Shown here: positions 1-9,498 of the stretch, one piece after another | Position numbering within the stretch: the stretch's first letter is position 1 | Layout of the letters: each line of letters starts with the position of its first letter | From: a virus | Direction: 5' to 3' (one strand) | Length of the DNA: 50,848 nt | Virus record (IMG/VR): IMGVR_UViG_3300045988_066011 | The notes under the pieces: generated by a model | Seen by the model: the letters and a program-made list of their open reading frames with translations, nothing else | Told to the model about the DNA's origin: nothing | Databases searched by the model: none | Position numbers and translations under genes: made by a program

Positions 1-55
1 GATGCTATGTTTATCAAGTAACCACCAAAACACACAAATGTTAGAATATCAAGGA
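1..55. repeat. Terminal direct repeat, copy 1 (identical to 50794..50848)
   Basis: gatgctatgtttatcaagtaaccaccaaaacacacaaatgttagaatatcaagga occurs at both window ends. Confidence 0.95.
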
Positions 56-60
56 AATTT

Positions 61-90
61 AAGCCGGGGTTAATCCTCCGGCTTATTTTT
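61..90 (+). terminator. Rho-independent terminator, closing the rightward accessory operon across the circular junction
   Basis: Stem aagccgg (61-67) pairs with ccggctt (78-84), followed by a T run at 86-90. It overlaps the integrase stop codon. Confidence 0.5.
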
Positions 91-1800
91 ATATGTGAAT
101 GTATGAGAGATTCCGTTTCTGAATGTCACACGCTGAATTTTACCGGACGTGATAACAATGGAGTCTATTATCGAACCAAAGAAGGCTTTTAGAATTTCTG
201 CATCTACAGATTCGGCAAGGGAGGTAAAATACACGTACTGTCTGTCGTGTAGTTTCTGATTCAGGATAAAAGACGAAGCCTGCTGTATAAATTCACTATC
301 GCCCATGGTGTGCATCCATGGTTCTTGAGACATCATACCGATAGCATCGTTGATTTCATCCAGCTTGTCTGTTATCTGCTGTTTGCGGACAATATACTCG
401 CGCTCAGACATTGATTCATCACTGTAGAGATAGAGCTCATTGAGACGGTCAAGGGCGCGCTGCTGTTTCTTTTGCTCTGACTGTAGATGCTTTAGTTCCG
501 GATCTACTTTGAATTTTGGCTTAACGCGTTTGAACAGCATACCTGATTTGGAACAACAGGTGAGCATGTCATACATAGCCGACAATCCGTCGGAATCAAT
601 ACTGCATATGTCGGAGAATGTTGAGCCACGCAGTAGGTGCTGTTGCAAGTCCTCCGGAGAACGAACCAGTTTTATATCCTTGTGAGCATTAATGATATTC
701 AGGATATAGTTAATAATAAATTCGCCCACAACGACATCTGAAGTGTATTTGGCATGGCATGTTTTGGTCTTGCGGACATTGGGACATCCGTATTTAGAAG
801 GGCGATATCCGGAAGCGTGTAATTTGCCTGGAGATGATGTAAAAGCAGCACCGCACTCACCACACCACAGCAGGCCGGCAAATATATGCACATTTTTCTG
901 AACGTTGCTTCGTCCGGGAGACCTGCGGTACCGAGCATTATTAGTCAGTGTGAGCTGTATTTTGTCAAAACGTTCCGGATCAATCGAAGGTTTGTGGTGG
1001 TTTTCAACGATAACCCACTCTTTTTTATCCTTGACAGCTTTTCGACCAGGGATTTTGTAATAATTGTAGCGGTATACACCCTTGTACCACGGATTACGCA
1101 GTATAATCCAAACGGCTGTGGCACTCCATATATTACCGCCCCGGGTGAGGAATCCTGAGTCGTTCAGCTTGCGTGATGTATGGACTATGGATCCGGTTTT
1201 TTCGTAGGTATCAAAAATAAGCTGGACTATTTTTTGCTCAGTCTCATCAAAGGAAAAGGTCTGACTTTCTTTGTCATATGCATAGCCGAACGGAACACGT
1301 CCGCCATTCCAGATGCCGTTATTGGCTCTGTTAATCATTGTGGCTGTGACACGCTCAGACGTCATATTTCGCTCTAATTCTGCAAACACCAATATAATCT
1401 TAAGCATAGCTTCACCAATAGCTGTAGAGGTGTCAAATTGCTCGTTCTTAGACACGAACGTGACACCAAGATCCTTCAATTCTGCATACATATTCGCAAA
1501 GTCCAGAAGGTTCCTGGAGATTCGGTCGATCTTCCAAACAAGTAAGTGAGTAAAAAGCCCTTGCCGGATCTGGGACATCATTTTCTGATATGCCGGACGG
1601 TCGGTATTCTTTCCGGAATATCCAGCATCCTCAAAAATCACAAAGTCATCTGTATTCAGGATATACTTGCAGTAAGAAGTAAGATCCTGTTTCATCATCG
1701 GCAGTGAGTCCTTGTCTATCTGATAAACAGTAGACACACGAACGTATATTGCCACCCTGATGCGCTGATTTGAGCCATTCTCAGTATTTTCTCGTATCAT
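70..1800 (-). CDS. int: Large serine recombinase (integrase)
   Basis: 576 aa. N-terminal resolvase motif RVAIYVRVSTVYQ with the catalytic Ser, a recombinase domain, a Cys-rich zinc ribbon (CGECG...CPN) and a C-terminal coiled coil. RBS ggagg lies upstream. Confidence 0.9.
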   Translation of the reverse strand: MIRENTENGSNQRIRVAIYVRVSTVYQIDKDSLPMMKQDLTSYCKYILNTDDFVIFEDAGYSGKNTDRPAYQKMMSQIRQGLFTHLLVWKIDRISRNLLDFANMYAELKDLGVTFVSKNEQFDTSTAIGEAMLKIILVFAELERNMTSERVTATMINRANNGIWNGGRVPFGYAYDKESQTFSFDETEQKIVQLIFDTYEKTGSIVHTSRKLNDSGFLTRGGNIWSATAVWIILRNPWYKGVYRYNYYKIPGRKAVKDKKEWVIVENHHKPSIDPERFDKIQLTLTNNARYRRSPGRSNVQKNVHIFAGLLWCGECGAAFTSSPGKLHASGYRPSKYGCPNVRKTKTCHAKYTSDVVVGEFIINYILNIINAHKDIKLVRSPEDLQQHLLRGSTFSDICSIDSDGLSAMYDMLTCCSKSGMLFKRVKPKFKVDPELKHLQSEQKKQQRALDRLNELYLYSDESMSEREYIVRKQQITDKLDEINDAIGMMSQEPWMHTMGDSEFIQQASSFILNQKLHDRQYVYFTSLAESVDAEILKAFFGSIIDSIVITSGKIQRVTFRNGISHTFTYKNKPED

Positions 1801-1816
1801 CTAATAATTCCTCCAT

Positions 1817-1847
1817 ACAAAAAAGAAAAGCCCTATAGAGGGCTTTT
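1817..1847 (-). terminator. Hairpin terminator (symmetric, possibly bidirectional)
   Basis: aaaagccct (1826-1834) pairs with agggctttt (1839-1847) around a 4-nt loop. A T6 run follows on the minus strand. Confidence 0.5.
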
Positions 1848-2004
1848 ACATGTTCAAGGTAGGTATGTACTTGTTAAGTGCAGCCCATACGACGTTTTTA
1901 TCGTCCCTGCTTGCCACCTGATAACATGTTATAAGGCGCTGGAGCTCATCTACCTGCTCGCGCCTTGCTTGATCTTCGGCATCTACAGCATTCTTCTCTG
2001 ACAT
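1846..2004 (-). CDS. Small hypothetical protein (52 aa) between repressor and integrase; possible directionality or regulatory factor
   Basis: ATG preceded by GGAGGA (complement of 2011-2016). Translates MSEKNAVDAEDQARREQVDELQRL.... Not in the ORF track because it is under 60 aa. Confidence 0.4.
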   Translation of the reverse strand: MSEKNAVDAEDQARREQVDELQRLITCYQVASRDDKNVVWAALNKYIPTLNM

Positions 2005-2066
2005 AATAAATCCTCCGTTATTATTATTTTATAAACCAGCCTTATAGGCAAAGTATTCGTATGATA

Positions 2067-2408
2067 TTATGCTCTCTTGCGGTCAGCGTACTTCTCCGGA
2101 ATGGCCATATGAGTACGCAGAAAGTCTTTACACATATCCTGTTTATCGTCAGGAATATGCGAGATGATTTCTACCCACTCAGGATCGATGTCTATATGAT
2201 TACAAGCATCTGTTTTCTCAGCACCAGTAATAAGATAATCTAATGAAACATCTAAATAATTAGCAATATGATAAGCCATGTCAATATTGGGAATTGAACC
2301 ACTTTTCCACTTGCTAACGTTTCCGGAACTATAACCCAGCGCTTTTAAAACAGTTGTTGGGGTCGTTTTCTTTTCTTTACAAATCTTATAAATATTCTCG
2401 TAAAACAT
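2067..2408 (-). CDS. XRE-family HTH repressor (CI-like)
   Basis: MFYENIYKICKEKKTTPTTVLKALGYSSGNVSKWKSG is a typical HTH_3 sequence. Start chosen at the ATG after GGAGG (complement of 2413-2417). Divergent to the cro-like gene. Confidence 0.8.
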   Translation of the reverse strand: MFYENIYKICKEKKTTPTTVLKALGYSSGNVSKWKSGSIPNIDMAYHIANYLDVSLDYLITGAEKTDACNHIDIDPEWVEIISHIPDDKQDMCKDFLRTHMAIPEKYADRKRA

Positions 2409-2447
2409 AATACCTCCTAAAATAACGCACAAAAATAAAATTAATGC

Positions 2448-2476
2448 TTGACTAACGTACCACAGTGCGCTATACT
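2448..2476 (+). promoter_or_regulatory. Rightward early promoter, copy 1 (TTGACT-17-TATACT)
   Basis: ttgact aacgtaccacagtgcgc tatact, containing the conserved AGTGCGCT element. Confidence 0.6.
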
Positions 2477-2587
2477 GACAAACATAAACAACAAAACATT
2501 ATGATTTCGATTTTAAAAATCACAACAAAAAACATTATCTTTTATTTTACCAACAAATGTGCGGTAAGTAAAGAGGAAAGGAGCCGT

Positions 2588-2662
2588 ATGAAAAAATTAT
2601 CTCCATGGTGCAAAACAGCAAAAATCGCAATGGTCAAAAAAGATTTACATAATACCTCCTAA
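2588..2662 (+). pseudogene. Truncated cro-like gene fragment created by the duplication (24 codons)
   Basis: MKKLSPWCKTAKIAMVKKDL is identical to the start of the 2830 gene, then reads out of context to a stop. Confidence 0.5.
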
Positions 2663-2689
2663 AATAACGCACAAAAATAAAATTAATGC

Positions 2690-2718
2690 TTGACTAACGT
2701 ACCACAGTGCGCTATACT
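2690..2718 (+). promoter_or_regulatory. Rightward early promoter, copy 2 (TTGACT-17-TATACT)
   Basis: Identical to 2448..2476, shifted by 242 bp. Confidence 0.6.
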
Positions 2719-2829
2719 GACAAACATAAACAACAAAACATTATGATTTCGATTTTAAAAATCACAACAAAAAACATTATCTTTTATTTTACCAACAAAT
2801 GTGCGGTAAGTAAAGAGGAAAGGAGCCGT

Positions 2830-3033
2830 ATGAAAAAATTATCTCCATGGTGCAAAACAGCAAAAATCGCAATGGTCAAAAAAGATTTATCAGTGCAGGA
2901 GCTGTCGGACAATCTGGAGATGAACCGAAGCTATGTAAGTTCAATCATCAATGGAAGAGTCTACAGCCCACCGGCTGTGAAAAAAATCTCTGATTATTTA
3001 GGAATCAGTGACAGCGATTCATGTACTGTATAG
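2830..3033 (+). CDS. Cro-like HTH regulator (67 aa)
   Basis: RBS aaggag, then ATG. LSVQELSDNLEMNRSYVSSIINGR is an HTH. The longer track ORF from 2707 would span the promoter. Confidence 0.7.
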   Translation: MKKLSPWCKTAKIAMVKKDLSVQELSDNLEMNRSYVSSIINGRVYSPPAVKKISDYLGISDSDSCTV

Positions 3034-3063
3034 AAATTGTAACGCACGGAAGGACGTAAGAGA

Positions 3064-3567
3064 ATGGACAAAGAATGTATGAAAGACACCGCGAACATCT
3101 ACTTTTCATGTAGAAAAGAAGCAGCAACATACAATGACAAGCTGAATAGCAGAGAGGGAGCAGCAGAACTTCTCAATGTATCAGTATCAAGCCTGAGTAA
3201 TTATGAACTGGGGCTGACACCGGCACCGACAGATGTGGTTGTAAGGATGGCAGACCTGTATGGGGCACCGGAAATTGAAGCATGTTACTGCAAAAATGAT
3301 TGTCCGATCGGAAAGAGAAAGAACATCGCAACCAAAATAAGAGGAATTGAGCAGATTACATGCAGCCTTCTAAACCATACCGATGAGGACGGATTGCATA
3401 ACATCAAAAAGAGACTGCTTGAGATTGCCTCGGATGGGAAGCTGGATCCGGGAGAAGAAGGAATGCTCAAAGAAATAGTACAAGCACTTGATTCGCTGGA
3501 TGATGATATTACAGAGCTTAGGATGTATCTCAGAAAGTACGGAGGTGCCGCAAATGGAACTAATTGA
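3064..3567 (+). CDS. XRE-family HTH protein with C-terminal helical domain
   Basis: REGAAELLNVSVSSLSNYELGLTPAP is an HTH_3 motif. 167 aa. Confidence 0.65.
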   Translation: MDKECMKDTANIYFSCRKEAATYNDKLNSREGAAELLNVSVSSLSNYELGLTPAPTDVVVRMADLYGAPEIEACYCKNDCPIGKRKNIATKIRGIEQITCSLLNHTDEDGLHNIKKRLLEIASDGKLDPGEEGMLKEIVQALDSLDDDITELRMYLRKYGGAANGTN

Positions 3568-3706
3568 CAGGATAAGAAAGACACTTGAAAGAGATTACGG
3601 CATACATAATGACCGCGAGCTTATGGAAGCAATAGAAAAGCAGGAACCAATAGACATCGGTATTTTTGTTATGGGAAAGGAGCAGGCCAATGAAAAAGTT
3701 AGCTAA
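3554..3706 (+). CDS. Hypothetical small protein (50 aa)
   Basis: GGAGGTG RBS at 3541-3547, then ATG at 3554. MELIDRIRKTLERDYG.... Confidence 0.4.
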   Translation: MELIDRIRKTLERDYGIHNDRELMEAIEKQEPIDIGIFVMGKEQANEKVS

Positions 3707-3935
3707 ATTAGTAGTAATTATCATCCTGGCAGTGATATTACAGATTGCAGCCAACGAACACGCTTTGAATGAGAGAGGATATAAAGCAACCGGAGGAGAA
3801 GTACTTGTATTTCCGGTAACGCTATATCTGGGATATAAGGTTTTCCTGTCAGAGAATGAGGAAGAGGCTGACGAGAAAGAGTATAGAGAGGAGGAACACA
3901 GCTATGGCAAACATGTCAACAGAAGAGTATCTTAA
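3690..3935 (+). CDS. Small membrane protein (81 aa)
   Basis: MKKLAKLVVIIILAVILQIAA is an N-terminal TM helix; a second hydrophobic segment and an acidic tail follow. Confidence 0.4.
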   Translation: MKKLAKLVVIIILAVILQIAANEHALNERGYKATGGEVLVFPVTLYLGYKVFLSENEEEADEKEYREEEHSYGKHVNRRVS

Positions 3936-4854
3936 CCAGATACAACAGTCGCTTTTTAACGAGATGACCAAAAAGAAGGATGTATTACCTCCTGGATTCA
4001 ATCAGATGCGATTCGCCATGAACTGCGTAACAGTGATTCAGGATATGCTGAAAGAGCAAAAGAAGAGAGAGAAGCTTCAGAAAGTTTCTATCAACTCTAT
4101 AGTGATGTGCTTCATGAAGGGCGCATATCTTGGACTGGATTTTATGAATCAGGAGTGTTATGCAATCCCATATGACGCAGAGATGCAGTTTCAGACCGAC
4201 TACAAGGGCGAAATAAAGGTTTGTAAGCGGTTCAGTGATGATCCAATCAAGGATATATACGCAAAGGTGGTCAGAGAGGGTGATATGTACGATGAAGGAG
4301 TGCATGCAGGAGTGCAGCAGCTTGACTTCAAACCGGTACCGTTCTCAAACAAGCCGATTATCGGAGCTTTTGCAGTTGTGATATACAAGGATGGAACCAT
4401 CAAATATGACAGCATGAGCAAAGAAGAAATCATACACACGCGAGACACTTATTCTAAGGCAGTCAACAGTCAGGCGTGGAAGGAATCAACCGGAGAGATG
4501 TACAAAAAGACAGTAATACGACGTCTGAGCAAGCTGATAGACCTGAATCTTGATAAGGTTGAGCTGATTAAGGCATATGAGGAGGGCTCAGGCTTTGAAT
4601 TTGAAAATAGCACAAACAGAAAATCGGCCGAGCAGTTACCGGGAGCAGAAAAGGTCATTGACGTATTCGAGAACAAAAAAACAGAAGGAATCGAACAGAA
4701 GCCAGCAAAAGCCACAGTGGGAAGCTATATGGAAGCAGGCACTAAACGACCGGAACCGGTAGAAACTGAGGTTATACCACCACAGCAGAATACAGCACCA
4801 GACGAGCAATTTTTCATTCCACCAGAAATGGACAATGAAATGCCGTTTAATTAA
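3904..4854 (+). CDS. recT: RecT-family single-strand annealing recombinase
   Basis: GGAGGA RBS before ATG 3904. Motifs FAMNCV, GLDFMNQECYAIPYD and QFQTDYKGEIK are typical of RecT. Confidence 0.8.
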   Translation: MANMSTEEYLNQIQQSLFNEMTKKKDVLPPGFNQMRFAMNCVTVIQDMLKEQKKREKLQKVSINSIVMCFMKGAYLGLDFMNQECYAIPYDAEMQFQTDYKGEIKVCKRFSDDPIKDIYAKVVREGDMYDEGVHAGVQQLDFKPVPFSNKPIIGAFAVVIYKDGTIKYDSMSKEEIIHTRDTYSKAVNSQAWKESTGEMYKKTVIRRLSKLIDLNLDKVELIKAYEEGSGFEFENSTNRKSAEQLPGAEKVIDVFENKKTEGIEQKPAKATVGSYMEAGTKRPEPVETEVIPPQQNTAPDEQFFIPPEMDNEMPFN

Positions 4855-4879
4855 TAAATAAGCCGGGAGGAACAATAGC

Positions 4880-5833
4880 ATGGGTAAAACTAAAGGATTT
4901 GAGGTAGTAGTAAATCAGGTACCGGGTTCGATAACCTGGAACTTTGAGGAATTGAAGCAGAATGTATCGGACAAATTGTCTGTATACAGAAAAATGCAGT
5001 ACAGCGATGATAATATTACGGATGCGAAAAAAGACCTTGCATCGCTGAGAAAGCTGTCAAAGGCGGTCAATGATAAGAAAATTGACATCAAGAAAGAGTG
5101 TTTGAAGCCGTATGAAAACATCGAGAAACAGGCAAAAGAGCTTATAGCTCTGATAGACGAGCCTATCGGTGTTATCAGTGACCAAATACAGGAATATGAG
5201 ACAAGGCGCAAAGAGGCGGCAAGAAAAGCTATATATGAGTATATGGGTAAAGCCTTTGAAGAATTTGGCGAAGTTATCAAATCAAAGGCATCGGAGGCTG
5301 TATATGACACAAGATGGGAAAATGCCACAGCTAAAAAAACTGAATGGAAGAAAGCTATTGATGATACGGCGCAGAGTATCAGATCAGATCTCGAGGTTAT
5401 CAACGGAATAGAAGAAGAATTTACAAACTATGCTGTTGATGAGTACAAGAGAAACCTTAAGCTGTCAGATGCTATGACGAAAGTACAGGAAATGCGCAAG
5501 CAGAAAGAGGATATCATCAAGAGACAGAAGGAAGAGGCTAGGAGAGAAGAGGAACGCAGACGACAGGAGGAACTTCGAGAAGCAGAGCCAAAAGTCGTAC
5601 AGGAGCAGTCAGAAGCTCCAAAACAGGTATATGAGAAACCGGAGGTGATAGCACCACATGAAGATCATACTACACGGACATGCGCACATAATACGGTTAC
5701 AAATACCGCGCCGGATGGTGATAACATATACTCCATCCAGATTAAAGCGACACCTGAACAGTACAAAAAGGTAACTGAATATATCCATTTTGTAGGTGCT
5801 AAATATAGAGAGTGCGGTTGTAAGGAGGCTTGA
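4880..5833 (+). CDS. DUF1351-like protein (RecT-associated)
   Basis: The N-terminus (ITWNFEELKQNVSDKLSVYRKMQYSDDNITDAKKDLASLRKLSKAVNDKKIDIKKECLKPYE) matches the DUF1351 pattern. Charged coiled-coil centre. Confidence 0.6.
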   Translation: MGKTKGFEVVVNQVPGSITWNFEELKQNVSDKLSVYRKMQYSDDNITDAKKDLASLRKLSKAVNDKKIDIKKECLKPYENIEKQAKELIALIDEPIGVISDQIQEYETRRKEAARKAIYEYMGKAFEEFGEVIKSKASEAVYDTRWENATAKKTEWKKAIDDTAQSIRSDLEVINGIEEEFTNYAVDEYKRNLKLSDAMTKVQEMRKQKEDIIKRQKEEARREEERRRQEELREAEPKVVQEQSEAPKQVYEKPEVIAPHEDHTTRTCAHNTVTNTAPDGDNIYSIQIKATPEQYKKVTEYIHFVGAKYRECGCKEA

Positions 5834-5834
5834 A

Positions 5835-6632
5835 ATGGAACTGACAGCAGATAATTACTATTCAGACATAGCAAATTATGAATATATGAGTGTGTCACAG
5901 TTCAAAGATTTTGTCGGCACCTACGGCAGGGTAGGATGTGAAGCTCAGGCTATGGCTAAGATTCGTGGAGAATACGAACAGCCTAACCGCACAGCTCTAC
6001 TGGAGGGAAGCTATGTCGACTCATTCTATGAGGGCACTCTTGACAAATTCAAGGAAGAGCATCCGGAGTGCTTCAAGCGTGACGGAACATTAAGAAGCGA
6101 GTACATGAGGGCTGAAAGAGCCATAGAGCGAAGCCTGCGCGACCCTCTATTCCAAGCGTACATGAGCGGAGAGAAGCAGGTAATCATGACAGGCTTGCTT
6201 TTTGGAAGCAAGTGGAAAATCAAGATGGACAGCTATATTGAGGGAAAAGCAATCGTTGACCTGAAATACATGCAGTCGCTGACCAAGTTCGGATATGTGC
6301 CGGATATCGGATATCTCGATTTTGTTCGTTATTGGGGCTATGACATCCAGGGAGCGATATATCAGGAAATCGTATATCAGAACACCGGAAAGCGTTTACC
6401 GTTCTATATAGCAGGAATAAGCAAAGAAGAGGCTATAAACATCGAGGTAATATACATCCACGACAACTATTTGAAAGAGGCTATGAGCATTGTTGAACAC
6501 AATATGCCTCGAATACTGGAAGTGAAATATAACGGAGCTGAGCCGGACAGATGCGAGCAGTGCTTATATTGCAGAAATACAAAGGTACTGAAAGCACCTA
6601 TCGGTATTTCAGACCTGACAGCAACATTGTAA
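5835..6632 (+). CDS. PD-(D/E)XK exonuclease (RecE/Cas4-like, DUF3799-type), partner of RecT
   Basis: KMDSY...IVDLKY (D..DxK) and QGAIYQ (QxxxY), plus an N-terminal Cys and the C-terminal CEQCLYC cluster. RBS aaggagg before ATG 5835. Confidence 0.7.
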   Translation: MELTADNYYSDIANYEYMSVSQFKDFVGTYGRVGCEAQAMAKIRGEYEQPNRTALLEGSYVDSFYEGTLDKFKEEHPECFKRDGTLRSEYMRAERAIERSLRDPLFQAYMSGEKQVIMTGLLFGSKWKIKMDSYIEGKAIVDLKYMQSLTKFGYVPDIGYLDFVRYWGYDIQGAIYQEIVYQNTGKRLPFYIAGISKEEAINIEVIYIHDNYLKEAMSIVEHNMPRILEVKYNGAEPDRCEQCLYCRNTKVLKAPIGISDLTATL

Positions 6633-6647
6633 TTGGAGGTTGAGTAA

Positions 6648-7565
6648 ATGGCATGGATAACGGTAGATCAGAAGCTGATAGGTGGAAAACTGAGAAGCTT
6701 TGCAAAAAAATCAAATATCAGTCAGAACGAAGCTATCGGAATCCTGATTAGACTGTGGCTGTGGGCTGTTGACAATACCGACAGCCACGGAACAATCGTA
6801 GCAGCGGACACTGAGGATATAGAGGATGCGCTCCGCCCGGGGTTTGCTCCGGACAGACTGGAGGATATACCGGACATAGTAAGCAATCTGATAGACTGCG
6901 GATGGATAGACAGAGGCGACAGAGGGCTTTCGGTGCATGACTGGACAGACTGGAGAAGCTATTACATAGACTACATGAGCGGCCAAGACAGGAGAGAAAA
7001 GGACGCTGAGAGATCAAGGCAGTATCGAGCCCGGAAAGCGCAGCAGGAACAGGCGAAACAGCCGGAAGAAAGCTGTGATATACCGCATGAGGCATTTGAT
7101 AGTTGCAGGCAGAATCAACAGGAGACCGAGACGGAAAACAAGCCGGAACAACCCGAACCGGAACCGGAGCCAAAGAAAAAGGCAAAGAGAGCAATAGAAT
7201 ATACGCCGGAATTTGAGGAGTTCTGGGCTTCATATCCAAGGAAGGTCGAAAAGGAAAATGCCTTCAAGAAATACAAGACAAGGTTGAAAGAAGGGTATAC
7301 GGATGAACAGCTCACGCAGGCAGCAAAGAATTATAGAGCCACATGCGAGGCAGAACATACAGAAACCCGCTTTATCAAGCATCCAAAGACGTTTCTAAGC
7401 GACACAAAGCCGTTTATGGACTATCTGGAACATGATACACAGGAACGGCAGAATACAGCATATACGCAGTACACTCCATATGCATCAGAACCGGTCCGGA
7501 AGTTCGAGGATGGTGAGAATCCGTTTGCACGAGTGTTAGAAGAACGCAGGAGGAATGAGATATAA
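6648..7565 (+). CDS. Phage replisome organizer / DnaD-like replication initiation protein
   Basis: N-terminus (ISQNEAIGILIRLWLWAVDN) and C-terminal EFEEFWASYPRKVEKENAFKKY motif as seen in phage replication proteins. Sits directly upstream of the helicase loader. Confidence 0.55.
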   Translation: MAWITVDQKLIGGKLRSFAKKSNISQNEAIGILIRLWLWAVDNTDSHGTIVAADTEDIEDALRPGFAPDRLEDIPDIVSNLIDCGWIDRGDRGLSVHDWTDWRSYYIDYMSGQDRREKDAERSRQYRARKAQQEQAKQPEESCDIPHEAFDSCRQNQQETETENKPEQPEPEPEPKKKAKRAIEYTPEFEEFWASYPRKVEKENAFKKYKTRLKEGYTDEQLTQAAKNYRATCEAEHTETRFIKHPKTFLSDTKPFMDYLEHDTQERQNTAYTQYTPYASEPVRKFEDGENPFARVLEERRRNEI

Positions 7566-8407
7566 TGAGCAATTATTCGGGACTGTTACCGTTGAATTTT
7601 AAGCAGGATGATATTAATAAAATAAACCCGGAGGATAAGCTGGGTGAGGATGGACTGTATAGGTGTGGCAGATGTGGAGGCAAGAAGCAGTACAGAATTG
7701 AGCTTGGAACATTTCAGAAGGTTGTCCCATGCCTGTGTAAATGCAAGCGGGAGGAGAACGAGAAAATCAAGAAGGAGAACGAATACAAGGAACGTATGAT
7801 TGAGATTAACAGGCTCAAAGACGCATCCATGATGGCGAGCAAATACAAAACAGCTTCCTTCTCACGCTACAGAGACAGACCAGAGAACCGGAAGGCACAC
7901 AAGATAGCCTTAAACTATGTGGAGAAATTTGGTGAAATGAAAGCCAGCAATCAGGGCTTGATATTTTACGGCCCGGTTGGTACCGGAAAGAGCTACACAT
8001 CAGCCTGCATAGCAAATGCACTGATGGATAAGAATATACCGGTAATCATGACATCGTTTGTTAAAATCCTGCAGGACATCCAAGGCAACAGTAATGAAGC
8101 TAATTATATCCAGATACTCAACAGTGCATCACTACTCATCATTGATGATTTAGGCGCCGAGAGAAGTACAGACTACGCCCTTGAAAAGGTATACAACGTT
8201 ATAGACAGCCGTACAAGGGCAAATAAACCGATGATACTGACAACTAACCTGACACTGGAAGAAATGCTTTACAAGGCGGATATACGCTATAAGAGAGTAT
8301 ACGACAGGATATTTGAGACATGCTACCCGGTTGAGATATCCGGAACATCTTTCAGGGAGCAGGAAGCAGCGGAAAGGTTCGGACGGATGAAAGACTTGTT
8401 GGAGTAA
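7565..8407 (+). CDS. DnaC/IstB-like AAA+ helicase loader
   Basis: Walker A GPVGTGKS, Walker B LLIIDDLG, sensor LTTNL. N-terminal CxxC zinc module. Confidence 0.85.
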   Translation: MSNYSGLLPLNFKQDDINKINPEDKLGEDGLYRCGRCGGKKQYRIELGTFQKVVPCLCKCKREENEKIKKENEYKERMIEINRLKDASMMASKYKTASFSRYRDRPENRKAHKIALNYVEKFGEMKASNQGLIFYGPVGTGKSYTSACIANALMDKNIPVIMTSFVKILQDIQGNSNEANYIQILNSASLLIIDDLGAERSTDYALEKVYNVIDSRTRANKPMILTTNLTLEEMLYKADIRYKRVYDRIFETCYPVEISGTSFREQEAAERFGRMKDLLE

Positions 8408-8445
8408 TCCTGAAACTTATTTTATATCACGAGAGAGGCAAAAAA

Positions 8446-8871
8446 ATGCGAATTAATTTTACCGTAATGGGAGAGCCCAAAGGAAAAGGTAGGCCAAGAT
8501 TCTGCAGAAATACCGGACATGCTATTACGCCCAAGGACACCGTGAATTATGAAACACTGGTAAAGATGGAATATACGCAGGCATGTGGCGAGCAGATGTT
8601 TCCGGATGATGCAATGCTAGATATGAGGATAAAGGCATATTACAGCATACCTAAATCAGCATCCAAAAAAAGACACGCAGCTATGCTGAGCGGAGACATA
8701 AGACCGACTAAGAAGCCCGATATGGACAATGTAATCAAAATAATTGCGGATGCGCTTAACAAGATAGCTTACAGGGATGATACCCAGATAGTAGATTGTC
8801 AGGTGCGCAAATTTTACTCAGAAAAGCCACGAGTTGAAGTGATGATACAAACTATAGACAAATGCGATTGA
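8446..8871 (+). CDS. rusA: RusA-family Holliday junction resolvase
   Basis: GEPKGKGRPRF, KPDMDNVIKIIADALN, YRDDTQIV. Confidence 0.85.
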   Translation: MRINFTVMGEPKGKGRPRFCRNTGHAITPKDTVNYETLVKMEYTQACGEQMFPDDAMLDMRIKAYYSIPKSASKKRHAAMLSGDIRPTKKPDMDNVIKIIADALNKIAYRDDTQIVDCQVRKFYSEKPRVEVMIQTIDKCD

Positions 8872-8904
8872 AAGCCGGAATAAGGCAGATAGGAGGTAAT
8901 AAGC

Positions 8905-9498
8905 ATGGTAACAGCAACAAAGGATTATGAAGAACTTACACTTGACAGTGATGTATTTAGCAGTGCCAGGTCCAACTTTGATTTACTTATGCAGGAACTG
9001 CTTGAAAAGATGAAAACCGCTGAATCAGAAGAAGGAAGCATTACGCTGAAAGTAGACCTGACGCTGATAGAGGATTTGGTAGATAAGAGTGACGGAACGG
9101 TACGTGTAATCAGACGTCCGGTTATCAAGCATAAGGTAACAACATCGGTACCGCTTAAAAACTCACTGGATAGCAAAAATGATATCAGAATGGATTTACA
9201 GTGGGATGATGAACTGCAGAGATACGTGCTGAAGAACATCACCGGAGGAACACAGCGAAGCATTTTTGACCCGGATTTTGAAGATACACTTAAAAGCGAC
9301 GGTGATGAAGAACAGCGCGGAAACGCATTACCGGGTCCGAATAACGCTTTACCAGCCCCGGAGAGTAATGATGAGCCGATAGATACAGATTTTATCGACG
9401 TTCCGGATGAAGAGCCGGATATGGGCGCAGATGAAGCTGAGAGTGGCGATTACGATTATGATGAACCAACGAAAGAAGGCGAAGAAGATGAAGAGTAG
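8905..9498 (+). CDS. Hypothetical protein with extremely acidic C-terminus
   Basis: 197 aa, RBS aggagg. The tail is DTDFIDVPDEEPDMGADEAESGDYDYDEPTKEGEEDEE. Confidence 0.5.
   Translation: MVTATKDYEELTLDSDVFSSARSNFDLLMQELLEKMKTAESEEGSITLKVDLTLIEDLVDKSDGTVRVIRRPVIKHKVTTSVPLKNSLDSKNDIRMDLQWDDELQRYVLKNITGGTQRSIFDPDFEDTLKSDGDEEQRGNALPGPNNALPAPESNDEPIDTDFIDVPDEEPDMGADEAESGDYDYDEPTKEGEEDEE

Larger units (their letters stand above)
2405..2889. repeat. Perfect tandem duplication (2 x 242 bp) of the immunity switch region
   Basis: 2406..2647 is identical to 2648..2889. Each unit carries the cI RBS and start codon, the rightward promoter, and the first 20 codons of cro. Confidence 0.9.

Noticed and set aside
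2465-3033. Track ORFs beginning MRYTDKHK (2465..2662 and 2707..3033)
   Set aside because: Those starts lie inside the -10 region of the promoter. The real cro-like start is the RBS-preceded ATG at 2830, and its duplicated fragment starts at 2588.
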